Assembly (NCBI GenBank): GCA_002339725.1
Contig: DDKN01000001.1
Span: 173 to 64,172, forward strand
Direction of reading: 5' to 3'
Length of the DNA: 64,000 bases
DNA from: Thiobacillus sp. UBA2597
GTDB lineage: Bacteria; Pseudomonadota; Gammaproteobacteria; Burkholderiales; Thiobacillaceae
A program made the translations under genes and the position numbers. Positions 1-8,603 of this stretch are shown in pieces. How positions within the stretch are numbered: the stretch's first letter is position 1; every line of letters starts with the position of its first letter. The notes beneath the pieces were generated by a model. That model had not been told where the DNA came from and made no database searches. It saw nothing but the letters and a program-made list of their open reading frames with translations.

Positions 1-148
1 GCCGCGGTGGCTGGGTGGCCGGGTCGGTCAGGCTCACGGCCTCGGGCAGGCCGGCCGCCTGCACCCGGGAGACCAGGGCGCTGCCCAGCACGGCGGCACC
101 GGAACCGGCGAGGAACTGTCGGCGCGTCAGCATCGTTTTTTTCTCCAT
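1..148 (-). CDS. Tat-signal secreted protein, N-terminal fragment running off the window (probable multicopper oxidase, CopA-like)
   Basis: Reverse-strand reading from the ATG at 148 (in-frame ATG at 133 with GGAGA upstream) gives MEKKTMLTRRQFLAGSGAAVLGSALVSRVQAAGLPEA, a twin-arginine signal. It starts 4 nt after the stop of the upstream OMF gene. The oxidase identity rests on copper-regulon context only. Confidence 0.45.
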   Translation of the reverse strand, partial: MEKKTMLTRRQFLAGSGAAVLGSALVSRVQAAGLPEAVSLTDPATQPPR

Positions 149-152
149 GTCG

Positions 153-1574
153 TCAGTGGCCGCCCACGGCCCCGGCCGCGGCCGGAATGCCGGCGGACAG
201 CGGCACGCTACCGGCGCCGCTGCCATTGAGGCTGAGTTGCAGACTGGACTCGGCCAGCCAGAAATCCTTCAGGGCCTGGATCGCAGCATTGACGCTGGCC
301 ACCTGCTCGCGCGCATCGGCCAGAAGATCGAATACGCTGATCAGCATGCCGTTGTAGCGCAGCAGGTTTTCCTCCGAGATCTTCTTGCGCAGGGGCACGA
401 TCTCGTCGCGGTAATGGCGCGCCAGGTCATAGGCCGTGCGGTAGGCGTGATAGGCCTCGCGCACCTCGGACTGGGCCTGCACCGCCCGCTCGGCGGCGCG
501 CTGCATCGCCTGGCTGTATAGGGCCTCGGCCTTGGCCACACGCGCCGTGCCCCAGTCGAAGATGGGCAGATTGAGCTCGATCTCGTAGCCCCGCTTGACC
601 GGGGCCGCGTTCGAGTTGCTGTTCAGATAGCCCACCTCCAGCACGTTGATGAAACGGGTGGCCCGGGTCAGGCCGAGATTGTTGGCCAGGGCCTCCAGCT
701 CCTGCTTTGCCATCTGGATGTCCAGGCGCCGTTCCATGGCCAGTTGTTCCAGGCTGGCCGCCTCCTGCGGCCGGGCCGGCAATTCGGGCAGCCGCTCGGG
801 CAGGACATAGGCCAGCTGCCGGCCGTTCAGGCCGAGCAGGCGGTTGAGCCGCTCGCGTTCGGCCAGCGCGCTCTGTTGCGCGCGCGCCCGCTGCGCGGTG
901 ACTTCGGCATAGAACACCTGCTCGCGCTGCTGGCGCAGCTGGCTGAAATTGCCGCTGCGCGCCATGCGCGCCGCCAGTTCGGCCCCGGCCTCGGCCGCCG
1001 CCTGGGCCTGGGCCAGGTAGTTCACCGCCTCCTGTGCCGCCACCGCCGAGAAATAGGCCTTGCGGGTGTCGGCCGCCAGGCGCAGCACCTCGTTCGCCAG
1101 GCGCAATTGGGTCTGGGCAAGGCGGCGCTGCTCGATCTCGCTGCGCTTGGGCAGCGTCAACAGGTGCATGAGATCGAACAAAAAGGTGCGCTCGTACTCG
1201 CGCTCATCGCCCTGACTGAAACGGCCGAAACTGAAGCCGGGATTCTTCAGGCGCCCGGCCTGCACCAGGTCGGCCTCGACGATGCCCAGCTCGGCCAGGC
1301 CGGCCTGCAGTCCGCGGTTGTTGAGCAGGGCGATCTTGACCGCGCTCTCCGCCGTGAGCGGCTGGGCCAGCAGACGCTCGACCTCGTCGCGCGCGCGCGC
1401 CGCCTCCGTCGCGGTCTGGACGCGCTGAACCGAAACGCCAGCCCGTTCCTGGACGATGGCATCGACCCGGCCCAGGCCGCCGTCGGGGCTGAACGTGGCG
1501 CAGCCGGTCAGCAGCAGCGTGCCGAGCGCAGCCAGCGCCAGCCGGGTTTTCGGGCAAAATGCGGCGCCGCGCAT
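153..1574 (-). CDS. Outer-membrane efflux lipoprotein, TolC/CusC/CzcC family
   Basis: 473-aa ORF with a lipobox signal (LLLTGCATF) followed by long coiled-coil/beta-barrel OMF-type sequence. Sits next to cusRS. Confidence 0.85.
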   Translation of the reverse strand: MRGAAFCPKTRLALAALGTLLLTGCATFSPDGGLGRVDAIVQERAGVSVQRVQTATEAARARDEVERLLAQPLTAESAVKIALLNNRGLQAGLAELGIVEADLVQAGRLKNPGFSFGRFSQGDEREYERTFLFDLMHLLTLPKRSEIEQRRLAQTQLRLANEVLRLAADTRKAYFSAVAAQEAVNYLAQAQAAAEAGAELAARMARSGNFSQLRQQREQVFYAEVTAQRARAQQSALAERERLNRLLGLNGRQLAYVLPERLPELPARPQEAASLEQLAMERRLDIQMAKQELEALANNLGLTRATRFINVLEVGYLNSNSNAAPVKRGYEIELNLPIFDWGTARVAKAEALYSQAMQRAAERAVQAQSEVREAYHAYRTAYDLARHYRDEIVPLRKKISEENLLRYNGMLISVFDLLADAREQVASVNAAIQALKDFWLAESSLQLSLNGSGAGSVPLSAGIPAAAGAVGGH

Positions 1575-1897
1575 CAGCGGCCACCCCGCTGGCCGGCATG
1601 GCTGCCATGGCCGTCGTGGTCTGCCTGCCGCGCCTGGCCGGTGTGGCCACCGGGCATTGCGCCAGGATCCACGCCGTGGCCGGCGTGCATGGCGTGACCG
1701 TGCTCCATGTGGTGACCGGCGGGGCCGGCCGTCTCTGCCACCGCCCGGTTCGCCGCGCGCCAGTCGAGCGGTTCCGCCGCCCGATAGGGCCGGTAGTCGG
1801 AGAAGACCGAGCGATAGCCGGGCTCCTGCCCGACCGCGAGGGCGGGCAGGAGCCCGCTGAGCGCCAGCCCGGCCAAGATGAGGGATAGGCGTTTCAT
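1574..1897 (-). CDS. Small secreted His/Met-rich protein (putative periplasmic copper-binding protein)
   Basis: The MKRLSLILAGLALSGLLPALAVG signal peptide is followed by GHHMEHGHAMHAGHG and DHDGHGSHAG. Its stop overlaps the OMF start (TGATG). Only the last 107 aa of the 224-aa ORF look coding. Confidence 0.6.
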   Translation of the reverse strand: MKRLSLILAGLALSGLLPALAVGQEPGYRSVFSDYRPYRAAEPLDWRAANRAVAETAGPAGHHMEHGHAMHAGHGVDPGAMPGGHTGQARQADHDGHGSHAGQRGGR

Positions 1898-1981
1898 CAA
1901 AGCTGTCCTTCCGTGATGCAAGCCGATGGGGATCTGCCGGGCATCATGGCGCCGCCTGCCTGACCCAAGCCTGACAGCCGG

Positions 1982-1997
1982 ATTACAAGTTTGTAAT
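1982..1997. promoter_or_regulatory. Perfect inverted repeat ATTACA-AGTT-TGTAAT, candidate CusR/CopR-type copper box
   Basis: Lies in the 129-bp divergent intergenic region between the His-rich/OMF operon and cusRS. The half-site style resembles boxes reported for CusR/CopR-family regulators. Confidence 0.45.
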
Positions 1998-2035
1998 CCG
2001 CCCGGCCGCCCGGCACATGCGGCACAATGCGCGGC

Positions 2036-2719
2036 ATGAAGATCCTGATCGTGGAAGACGAACCCAAGACCGGCGATTACCTCCGGCAGGGTCTGGCCGA
2101 GGCCGGTTTCGTGGTCGATCTCGCCCGCAACGGCCCCGATGGCCTGCACCTGGCGCGCGGCGGCGACTACGACCTCGCGATCCTGGACGTCATGCTGCCG
2201 GGCCTGGACGGCTGGCAATTGCTGCAGACCCTGCGCGCCGAGGGCCACGGCCTGCCGGTGCTGTTCCTCACCGCGCGCGATCAGGTCGAGGACCGGGTGC
2301 GCGGCCTGGAACTCGGCGCCGACGATTATCTGGTCAAACCCTTCGCCTTCACCGAGCTGCTGGCACGGGTGCGCACCCTGTTGCGGCGCGGCAAGCCGGC
2401 CCCGGCCCAGGGCGTGCTGCGCGCGGCCGATCTGGAGATGGACCTGCTGCGCCGGCGCGTCAGCCGCGCCGGCCGGCGCATCGAGCTGACCGCCAAGGAA
2501 TTCGCCCTGCTGGAACTGTTCCTGCGCCGCCAGGGCGAGGTGCTGCCGCGCGCCCTGATCGCCTCGCAGGTCTGGGACATGAACTTCGACAGCGACACCA
2601 ATGTGGTCGAGGTCGCGGTGCGCCGGCTGCGGGCCAAGATCGACGATGCCTTCGAGCCCAAGCTGATCCGCACCGTGCGTGGCATGGGTTATGTGCTGGA
2701 GGTGCCAGCGGCGCCATGA
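2036..2719 (+). CDS. cusR: Heavy-metal response regulator, OmpR family (CusR/CopR)
   Basis: [29 protein letters not shown]...[25 protein letters not shown] is close to my memory of E. coli CusR. An alternative ATG lies at 2027. Confidence 0.9.
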   Translation: MKILIVEDEPKTGDYLRQGLAEAGFVVDLARNGPDGLHLARGGDYDLAILDVMLPGLDGWQLLQTLRAEGHGLPVLFLTARDQVEDRVRGLELGADDYLVKPFAFTELLARVRTLLRRGKPAPAQGVLRAADLEMDLLRRRVSRAGRRIELTAKEFALLELFLRRQGEVLPRALIASQVWDMNFDSDTNVVEVAVRRLRAKIDDAFEPKLIRTVRGMGYVLEVPAAP

Positions 2720-4092
2720 AGCCCCTGTCGCTCACCGCCCGCATCAGCCTGTTGTTCGCCGGGGCCGCCGCCATCGTTTTGCTCGCGGTGGGCTGGGTGC
2801 TGGCCCGGGCGGTCGAGGCCCACTTCGTCGACGAGGACCGGCACGAGATCCACGGCAAGTTCGAGCTGATCGGCAATCTTTTGGGCAAGGCACACGAGCA
2901 GAATCAGTTCGATGCCCTGGCCCAGCAGCTGGATGACGCCCTGGTCGGTCACCACGGCCTGTCGGTCACCATCGTCGACGACCGGGGCGCGGTCTGGTTC
3001 GCCAGTTCCGGCGCGCCTTATCCCAAAGCGCTGCTGGCATCCGCGCCGGCGCCGGCCGAGCAGCTGATCCTGTGGGACGAGGCAGGCCGCAGCTATCGGG
3101 GCCAGACCCGCACCCTGCCGGCCGGACCCGCAGCCCGGCCCTATCGGGTCGCCATTGCCCTCGACATCACACACCACCAGGTGTTCATGGCCGAGTTCCG
3201 GCGTCTGCTCGCGTTCGCGCTGCTGCTCGCCGTGCTGGCCACCGCCGGGTTGGGCTGGGTCGCCACCCGGCGCGGCCTCATCCCGCTGCGCGACATGACC
3301 CGCATGGCCTCCAGCCTGTCGGCCAACCGGCTGACCGAACGCCTGCAAAGCGCCGGCACCCCGGCTGAATTGCAGACGCTGGTGCAGGCCTTCAATGCCA
3401 TGCTCGACCGGCTGGAGGATGCCTTCCAGCGCCTGTCGCATTTCTCGTCCGATCTGGCGCACGAGCTGCGCACCCCGATCAGCAATCTGCGCACCCAGAC
3501 CGAGGTCGCGCTCAGCCGTGCCCGCAGCGCCGAGGAATACCGCGACACCCTGCAGTCCAACCTGGAGGAGTACGAAAAGCTGGCGCGCATGATCAGCGAC
3601 ATGCTGTTTTTGGCCCAGGCCGACAACAGGCTGATCGTGCCCCGGCGCGAGCCGATCGACCTGGCGCACGAGGCCCGGCGCCTGGCCGAGTTCTACGAGG
3701 CCCTGGCCACGGAACAGGGGGTCGTCCTGGCGGTCGAGGGCATGGCGCGCTGCACCGGCGACCGGCTCATGCTGCAACGGGCCCTGTCCAATCTCTTGGC
3801 CAACGCCATCCGCCACACGGCGCCGGGTGGCACGGTGCGGCTGGCCCTGAGCGAGCGGGCCGGCCAGGCGGAGGTCGCCATCGAGAACCCCGGTCCTGCC
3901 ATCCCGCCCGAACATCTGCCCCATCTGTTCGACCGCTTCTACCAGGTCGACCCGGCCCGGCGCCAGGGCGAACATGCCGGGCTGGGGCTGGCGATCACGA
4001 AATCCATCGTCGAGGCCCACGGCGGCAGCATCGAGGTGCAGTCCGAGGCGGGCCTCACCCGGTTCCGGCTGCGCCTGCCCGAGGCGGCCTGA
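2716..4092 (+). CDS. cusS: Heavy-metal sensor histidine kinase (CusS/CopS)
   Basis: ATGA overlap with cusR. Has two TM segments, a HAMP region, an H-box ([16 protein letters not shown]) and a HATPase domain ([16 protein letters not shown]). Confidence 0.9.
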   Translation: MKPLSLTARISLLFAGAAAIVLLAVGWVLARAVEAHFVDEDRHEIHGKFELIGNLLGKAHEQNQFDALAQQLDDALVGHHGLSVTIVDDRGAVWFASSGAPYPKALLASAPAPAEQLILWDEAGRSYRGQTRTLPAGPAARPYRVAIALDITHHQVFMAEFRRLLAFALLLAVLATAGLGWVATRRGLIPLRDMTRMASSLSANRLTERLQSAGTPAELQTLVQAFNAMLDRLEDAFQRLSHFSSDLAHELRTPISNLRTQTEVALSRARSAEEYRDTLQSNLEEYEKLARMISDMLFLAQADNRLIVPRREPIDLAHEARRLAEFYEALATEQGVVLAVEGMARCTGDRLMLQRALSNLLANAIRHTAPGGTVRLALSERAGQAEVAIENPGPAIPPEHLPHLFDRFYQVDPARRQGEHAGLGLAITKSIVEAHGGSIEVQSEAGLTRFRLRLPEAA

Positions 4093-4155
4093 ACACAAAG
4101 CGGTCAGGCCGAGCGGGTATACTCGGGAACCCAGTCATCCCTTGGAGAAACCGCG

Positions 4156-5784
4156 ATGTATCCGAGCTGGCAGCGCCTGAAAGAACACCGCAAGGGCTGG
4201 AAAGACCTGCACCTGCGCAGCCTGTTCGCGCAGGACGCCAGGCGTTTCGAGCGCTTCTCGCTCACGCTCGATGATCTGCTGCTCGACTATTCCAAGAACC
4301 TCATCACCGAGGAAACCCTGCGCCTGCTGCTGCAGCTGGCGCGCGAGGCCGGCGTCGAAGCCCGGCGCGACGCCATGCTCGCCGGTGAGAAGATCAACCT
4401 GACCGAACAGCGCGCCGTGCTGCACACCGCCCTGCGCAACCGTTCCGACCGGATCATCCGGGTCGACGGTGTCGATGTCATGCCGGCCGTACGCCGGGTG
4501 CTGGCGCAGATGCGCGCCTTCGCCGACGCCGTGCGCGACGGGCGCTGGCGCGGCTATACGGACAAACCCATTACCGACGTGGTCAACATCGGCATCGGCG
4601 GCTCCGACCTGGGACCGGCCATGGTCTGCCAGGCGCTCGCCCCCTATGGCCGGCCCGGGCTGCGCGCGCACTTCGTCTCCAACGTCGACCCCAGCCATCT
4701 GCACGACACCCTGCAGGGCCTGAACCCCGAGACCACGCTGTTCATCGTCGCCTCCAAGACCTTCACCACCCAGGAGACGCTCGCCAACGCCCGTGCCGCG
4801 CGCAAATGGCTGCTGGCCCGGGCGCACGACGAGGCGGCGGTGGCCCGGCACTTCGTCGCGGTCTCGACCAACGAGGCGGAGGTGCGCCGCTTCGGCATCG
4901 ATCCCGCCAACATGTTCGAATTCTGGGACTGGGTGGGCGGCCGCTATTCGCTCTGGTCCGCCATCGGCCTGCCCATCGCCATCCACATCGGCATGGACCA
5001 TTTCGAGGCCCTGCTCGCCGGCGGCTTCGAGATGGATGAGCATTTCCGCACGGCGCCGCTGGAACGCAACATGCCGGTGCTGCTCGGCCTGCTCGGGCTC
5101 TGGTACAACAACTTCTGGGATGCCCAGAGCTGGGCCCTGCTGCCCTATGACCAGCACCTGGCGCGGCTGCCCGCCTATTGCCAGCAGCTGGACATGGAAT
5201 CGAACGGCAAGAGCATCACCCGCTCCGGCAAACCGAGCCGCGTCGCCACCGGCCCGGTGCTGTTCGGCGAACCCGGCACCAACGGCCAGCATGCCTTCTA
5301 CCAGCTCATCCACCAGGGCAGCCGGCTGGTGCCCTGCGATTTCCTCGCTGCCGCGGAAAGCCACAACGACCTGAACGGCCAGCACGCCATCCTGCTGTCC
5401 AACTTCTTCGCCCAGACCGAGGCCCTGATGCGCGGCAAGACCCGGGCCGAGGTCGAGGCTGAACTCGCGGCGGCAGGTCTGAGCAAAGGCCAGATCCGCC
5501 AACTGGCGCCGCACAAGGTGTTTTCCGGCAACCGGCCGACCAATTCCCTGCTCTATCGCCGGCTCACGCCGCACACCCTGGGCCGGCTGATCGCGCTCTA
5601 CGAACACAAGATCTTCGTCCAGGGCGCGATCTGGGACATCAACTCCTTCGACCAGTGGGGCGTCGAACTGGGCAAGCAGCTGGCCAAGGCCATCCTGCCC
5701 GAGCTGGCCGATCCGGTGCCGACCACGAGCCATGACAGCTCGACCAACGGCCTGATCAACCACTACAAGCAACTGCGGAGGTGA
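4156..5784 (+). CDS. pgi: Glucose-6-phosphate isomerase
   Basis: 542 aa with typical Pgi sequence ([36 protein letters not shown]). Confidence 0.95.
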   Translation: MYPSWQRLKEHRKGWKDLHLRSLFAQDARRFERFSLTLDDLLLDYSKNLITEETLRLLLQLAREAGVEARRDAMLAGEKINLTEQRAVLHTALRNRSDRIIRVDGVDVMPAVRRVLAQMRAFADAVRDGRWRGYTDKPITDVVNIGIGGSDLGPAMVCQALAPYGRPGLRAHFVSNVDPSHLHDTLQGLNPETTLFIVASKTFTTQETLANARAARKWLLARAHDEAAVARHFVAVSTNEAEVRRFGIDPANMFEFWDWVGGRYSLWSAIGLPIAIHIGMDHFEALLAGGFEMDEHFRTAPLERNMPVLLGLLGLWYNNFWDAQSWALLPYDQHLARLPAYCQQLDMESNGKSITRSGKPSRVATGPVLFGEPGTNGQHAFYQLIHQGSRLVPCDFLAAAESHNDLNGQHAILLSNFFAQTEALMRGKTRAEVEAELAAAGLSKGQIRQLAPHKVFSGNRPTNSLLYRRLTPHTLGRLIALYEHKIFVQGAIWDINSFDQWGVELGKQLAKAILPELADPVPTTSHDSSTNGLINHYKQLRR

Positions 5785-5786
5785 CC

Positions 5787-6614
5787 ATGCCCGCCCAAAC
5801 CGCACCGGCCTTGAGCCCGGACAGCCTCCTGATCCCCTCGCCGCCCACCCTGCTGATCGAACTGGAGCGGCTGATGGAGGCGGAAGACATCAACATCGCG
5901 GCCGTCGCCAGTTTGATCTCGCAGGACCCGGGCATCACCGCGCAGATCTTCCGCCAGCTCGCCTCGCCCGTGTATGGCCTGAACAAGCCGCCCGAGAGCC
6001 TGGGCAAGGCGGTCTCGCTCATCGGTCTGAAAACCCTGCACGACCTGGTCAAGGCCATCTGCCTGCGCCAGGTGCTGTCGGGCGACTCGCCCTTCTTCGA
6101 ATGGTTCTGGGAACGCTCGGCCGACATCTCCCGCCTGGCCGCCGCCATCGCCTGGGCCCAGCGCACGGTGGTCAACGTGTTGCCGGAACATGCCCACCTG
6201 GTCGGCCTGTTCCACGACTGCGGCATTCCCGTGCTGGCCCTGCACCACAAGCCGTACAACGCCTGTTTCGGCCAGGCCGGCGCCTACCAGTGGCCGGACA
6301 TCCGCAAGGAAGACGCCAGGTTCCAGACCGACCATGCCGTGGTCGGCTATCTGGTGGCCAGGCACTGGAAGCTGCCGGACTATGTCTGCCAGGCCGTGCG
6401 CCATCACCACGAGATCGTTCAGGCCGAGCACAAGGCGGCCACGCTGGTCGCCATTCTGCAAATGGCCATGCACCTCTATAACCTGCGCCACGGCCTGGAC
6501 GACGAGGAATGGGAAGGCGTGCGCGCGCGGGTGCTGGACGAGCTCGGCATCCTGCCCAAGGAGTTACCAGCCTTTCAGGAAGACATCCTGGACCAAACCC
6601 AACCCAGCCAATGA
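5787..6614 (+). CDS. HDOD domain-containing signalling protein
   Basis: HDOD-type sequence (ISQDPGITAQIFRQLASPVYGL...VSLIGLKTL). GGAGG lies 6 nt upstream of the ATG at 5787. The GTG at 5781 overlaps the pgi stop. Confidence 0.75.
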   Translation: MPAQTAPALSPDSLLIPSPPTLLIELERLMEAEDINIAAVASLISQDPGITAQIFRQLASPVYGLNKPPESLGKAVSLIGLKTLHDLVKAICLRQVLSGDSPFFEWFWERSADISRLAAAIAWAQRTVVNVLPEHAHLVGLFHDCGIPVLALHHKPYNACFGQAGAYQWPDIRKEDARFQTDHAVVGYLVARHWKLPDYVCQAVRHHHEIVQAEHKAATLVAILQMAMHLYNLRHGLDDEEWEGVRARVLDELGILPKELPAFQEDILDQTQPSQ

Positions 6615-6617
6615 CAC

Positions 6618-7010
6618 ATGCCCATCATGGACTACATCGCCCTGCGCCACCTGCACCTGCTCACCGTTGTCATCACCCTCGCCCTGTTTCTGCTGCGTGC
6701 CTACTGGATGCTGCGCGATGCGCCGCAACGCCAGGCCAGATGGCTCAGGATCGTGCCCCACACCAACGACACCATCCTGCTTGGCGCTGCCATCGGCATG
6801 CTGGTCGTGGCCGAGGTGAACCCCCTGAACCAACCCTGGCTCATCGCCAAGATCGTCGGCCTTCTGGCCTACATCGGCCTCGGCAGCGTGGCCCTGAAAC
6901 GCGGCAAGACCCGCGCCGTGCGGATCAAGGCACTGATCGCCGCGCTCGGCGTGTTCGCCTACATCGTGGCGGTGGCGCTGACCAAGCAGGTGGTGCCCGG
7001 CCTGTCCTGA
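6618..7010 (+). CDS. SirB2-family inner-membrane protein
   Basis: 130 aa with 4 TM helices. LRHLHLLTVVITLALFLLR...NDTILL resembles the SirB2 family. Confidence 0.65.
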   Translation: MPIMDYIALRHLHLLTVVITLALFLLRAYWMLRDAPQRQARWLRIVPHTNDTILLGAAIGMLVVAEVNPLNQPWLIAKIVGLLAYIGLGSVALKRGKTRAVRIKALIAALGVFAYIVAVALTKQVVPGLS

Positions 7011-7093
7011 CAGAAAATTGCGTCTAACATGAAAACACCGCGCGGACCGCATCGGCGCGCCGCATCAACCATAAACAGCCGTGGGAGGCAGGA

Positions 7094-7681
7094 ATGGCAC
7101 AGACGATCGATGACAAAACCCTGGATCAGATGCCGGTGCAGGACTACGATCAGGTCCGGCCGCAACTCAAATCCGGCGATCTGCTGTTCGCCTCGGGCAG
7201 CTACCCGGCCTCCAAACTGATCCAGAAATTCACCGATTCGGTGTGGAGCCACGTCGGCATCCTCTTCCGGGTGGAATCGCTCGACCGCGTGCTGCTGCTG
7301 GAAAGCGTGGAGGACATGGGCGTGCGCTTCGCCCCCTTGTCGAAATACCTGAGCGACTACGAGAACGGCAAGCCCTATCGCGGCCGCGTGCTGATCGCGC
7401 GCCGACAGGACCTCAAGGCCCAGGCCATCGCCGACCTGGCGCGCACCGGCATCGACGAACTGACCCGGCCTTACGATCGCGACGAGATCGCCAAGATCAT
7501 GGTGCGCATCGCCCTGGGCAAGGGCAAGGCCCGGCGCGACCGGGAATACATCTGCTCAGAGCTGGTGCACGAATGTTTCGAGCGCGCCGGCTACGCCTTC
7601 GATTACAACCCGCGCGGCTTCGTCAGTCCGGAAGACATCTGGCGCCACGCCAGCGTGCAGGCCCGGTTCCGGCTGCTTTGA
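7094..7681 (+). CDS. YiiX-family permuted papain-like (NlpC/P60 clan) hydrolase
   Basis: GDLLF...SVWSHVGILF followed by the late YICSELVHECF motif, the His-before-Cys order typical of YiiX/DUF830. GGGAGG precedes the ATG. Confidence 0.6.
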   Translation: MAQTIDDKTLDQMPVQDYDQVRPQLKSGDLLFASGSYPASKLIQKFTDSVWSHVGILFRVESLDRVLLLESVEDMGVRFAPLSKYLSDYENGKPYRGRVLIARRQDLKAQAIADLARTGIDELTRPYDRDEIAKIMVRIALGKGKARRDREYICSELVHECFERAGYAFDYNPRGFVSPEDIWRHASVQARFRLL

Positions 7682-7706
7682 TGCGCCTTTTTTTGGGAGA
7701 GCTGCC

Positions 7707-8603
7707 ATGATCCTGACCCGTCTACACCTGCTTGCCGCGGCGGTTTCGCTCAGCCTGGCCGGCTGTGCCAGCATTCCCAGCGGTTCGGAGGAATTCCAGG
7801 GCGTGTTCACGGTCGACCCGGCCTTCAACCTGCCCGGCACGAAAACCGGCGCGGCCCAGGCCGCGGGCAACGCCAACAAAGCGCCTTTCTACTGTTCGGC
7901 CGAGGCCCTGGAACCCTTCAATCTGGACCGGGACAGCCTGCCCGGCATTGCCGCCCCGGCCTATCAGCATGCCACCAGCGAGGCCCTGCGCAACCGGCTG
8001 CAGACCCATTTGATGAGCCTGTCCGACCGCAACTGCGAATGCCACAAGGGCGCCATCTACGCCAATGCCGCGAGCAGCAATTTCGGCCTGGGCACCCTCA
8101 CCTCGACGCTCGGCACCGCCGGCGCCCTGGTCGGCGGCGAGACGGCCAGCCGGGTGCTGAGCGGCCTGGCCGGCCTGAGCAACGCCACGCGCGCCCAGAT
8201 GAACGAGAGCTTCTATCAGAACTATCTGGCCGGGGCCATCCTCAAGGCGATCGACAAGGATCGCGAGCAGATGGCGCAGGAGATCGAACGGCGCCAGGCC
8301 CTGCCGTTCGAGCGTTATTCGCTCGATGCCGCCATCCGCGACGCCCAGACCTATCATCAGAAATGCTCGTTCTATGCCGGCGTGCTCGCCCTCACCGCGG
8401 AGGCCGGCAAGATCGGCCTGTCAGGCAACGAGCTGAAGGGACGCCTGGACGAGATCCGCAACCAGATCGCGGCCAACGAAACCGCGTTCGGCAAGGGCAG
8501 CGAGGCGGCGAAAAAACTGAACGCGCCCCTGCTGCGCCAGCTTGAGATCATGCAGATGCAGCTGATCGGCACCCCGGGCGGCGCACCCCCGGGCGGGCGT
8601 TAA
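7707..8603 (+). CDS. Hypothetical lipoprotein
   Basis: Lipobox LSLAGCAS. High GC3 coding bias. No recognisable domain. Confidence 0.6.
   Translation: MILTRLHLLAAAVSLSLAGCASIPSGSEEFQGVFTVDPAFNLPGTKTGAAQAAGNANKAPFYCSAEALEPFNLDRDSLPGIAAPAYQHATSEALRNRLQTHLMSLSDRNCECHKGAIYANAASSNFGLGTLTSTLGTAGALVGGETASRVLSGLAGLSNATRAQMNESFYQNYLAGAILKAIDKDREQMAQEIERRQALPFERYSLDAAIRDAQTYHQKCSFYAGVLALTAEAGKIGLSGNELKGRLDEIRNQIAANETAFGKGSEAAKKLNAPLLRQLEIMQMQLIGTPGGAPPGGR

Noticed and set aside
4135-5805. 556-aa minus-strand ORF
   Set aside because: Antisense shadow of pgi.
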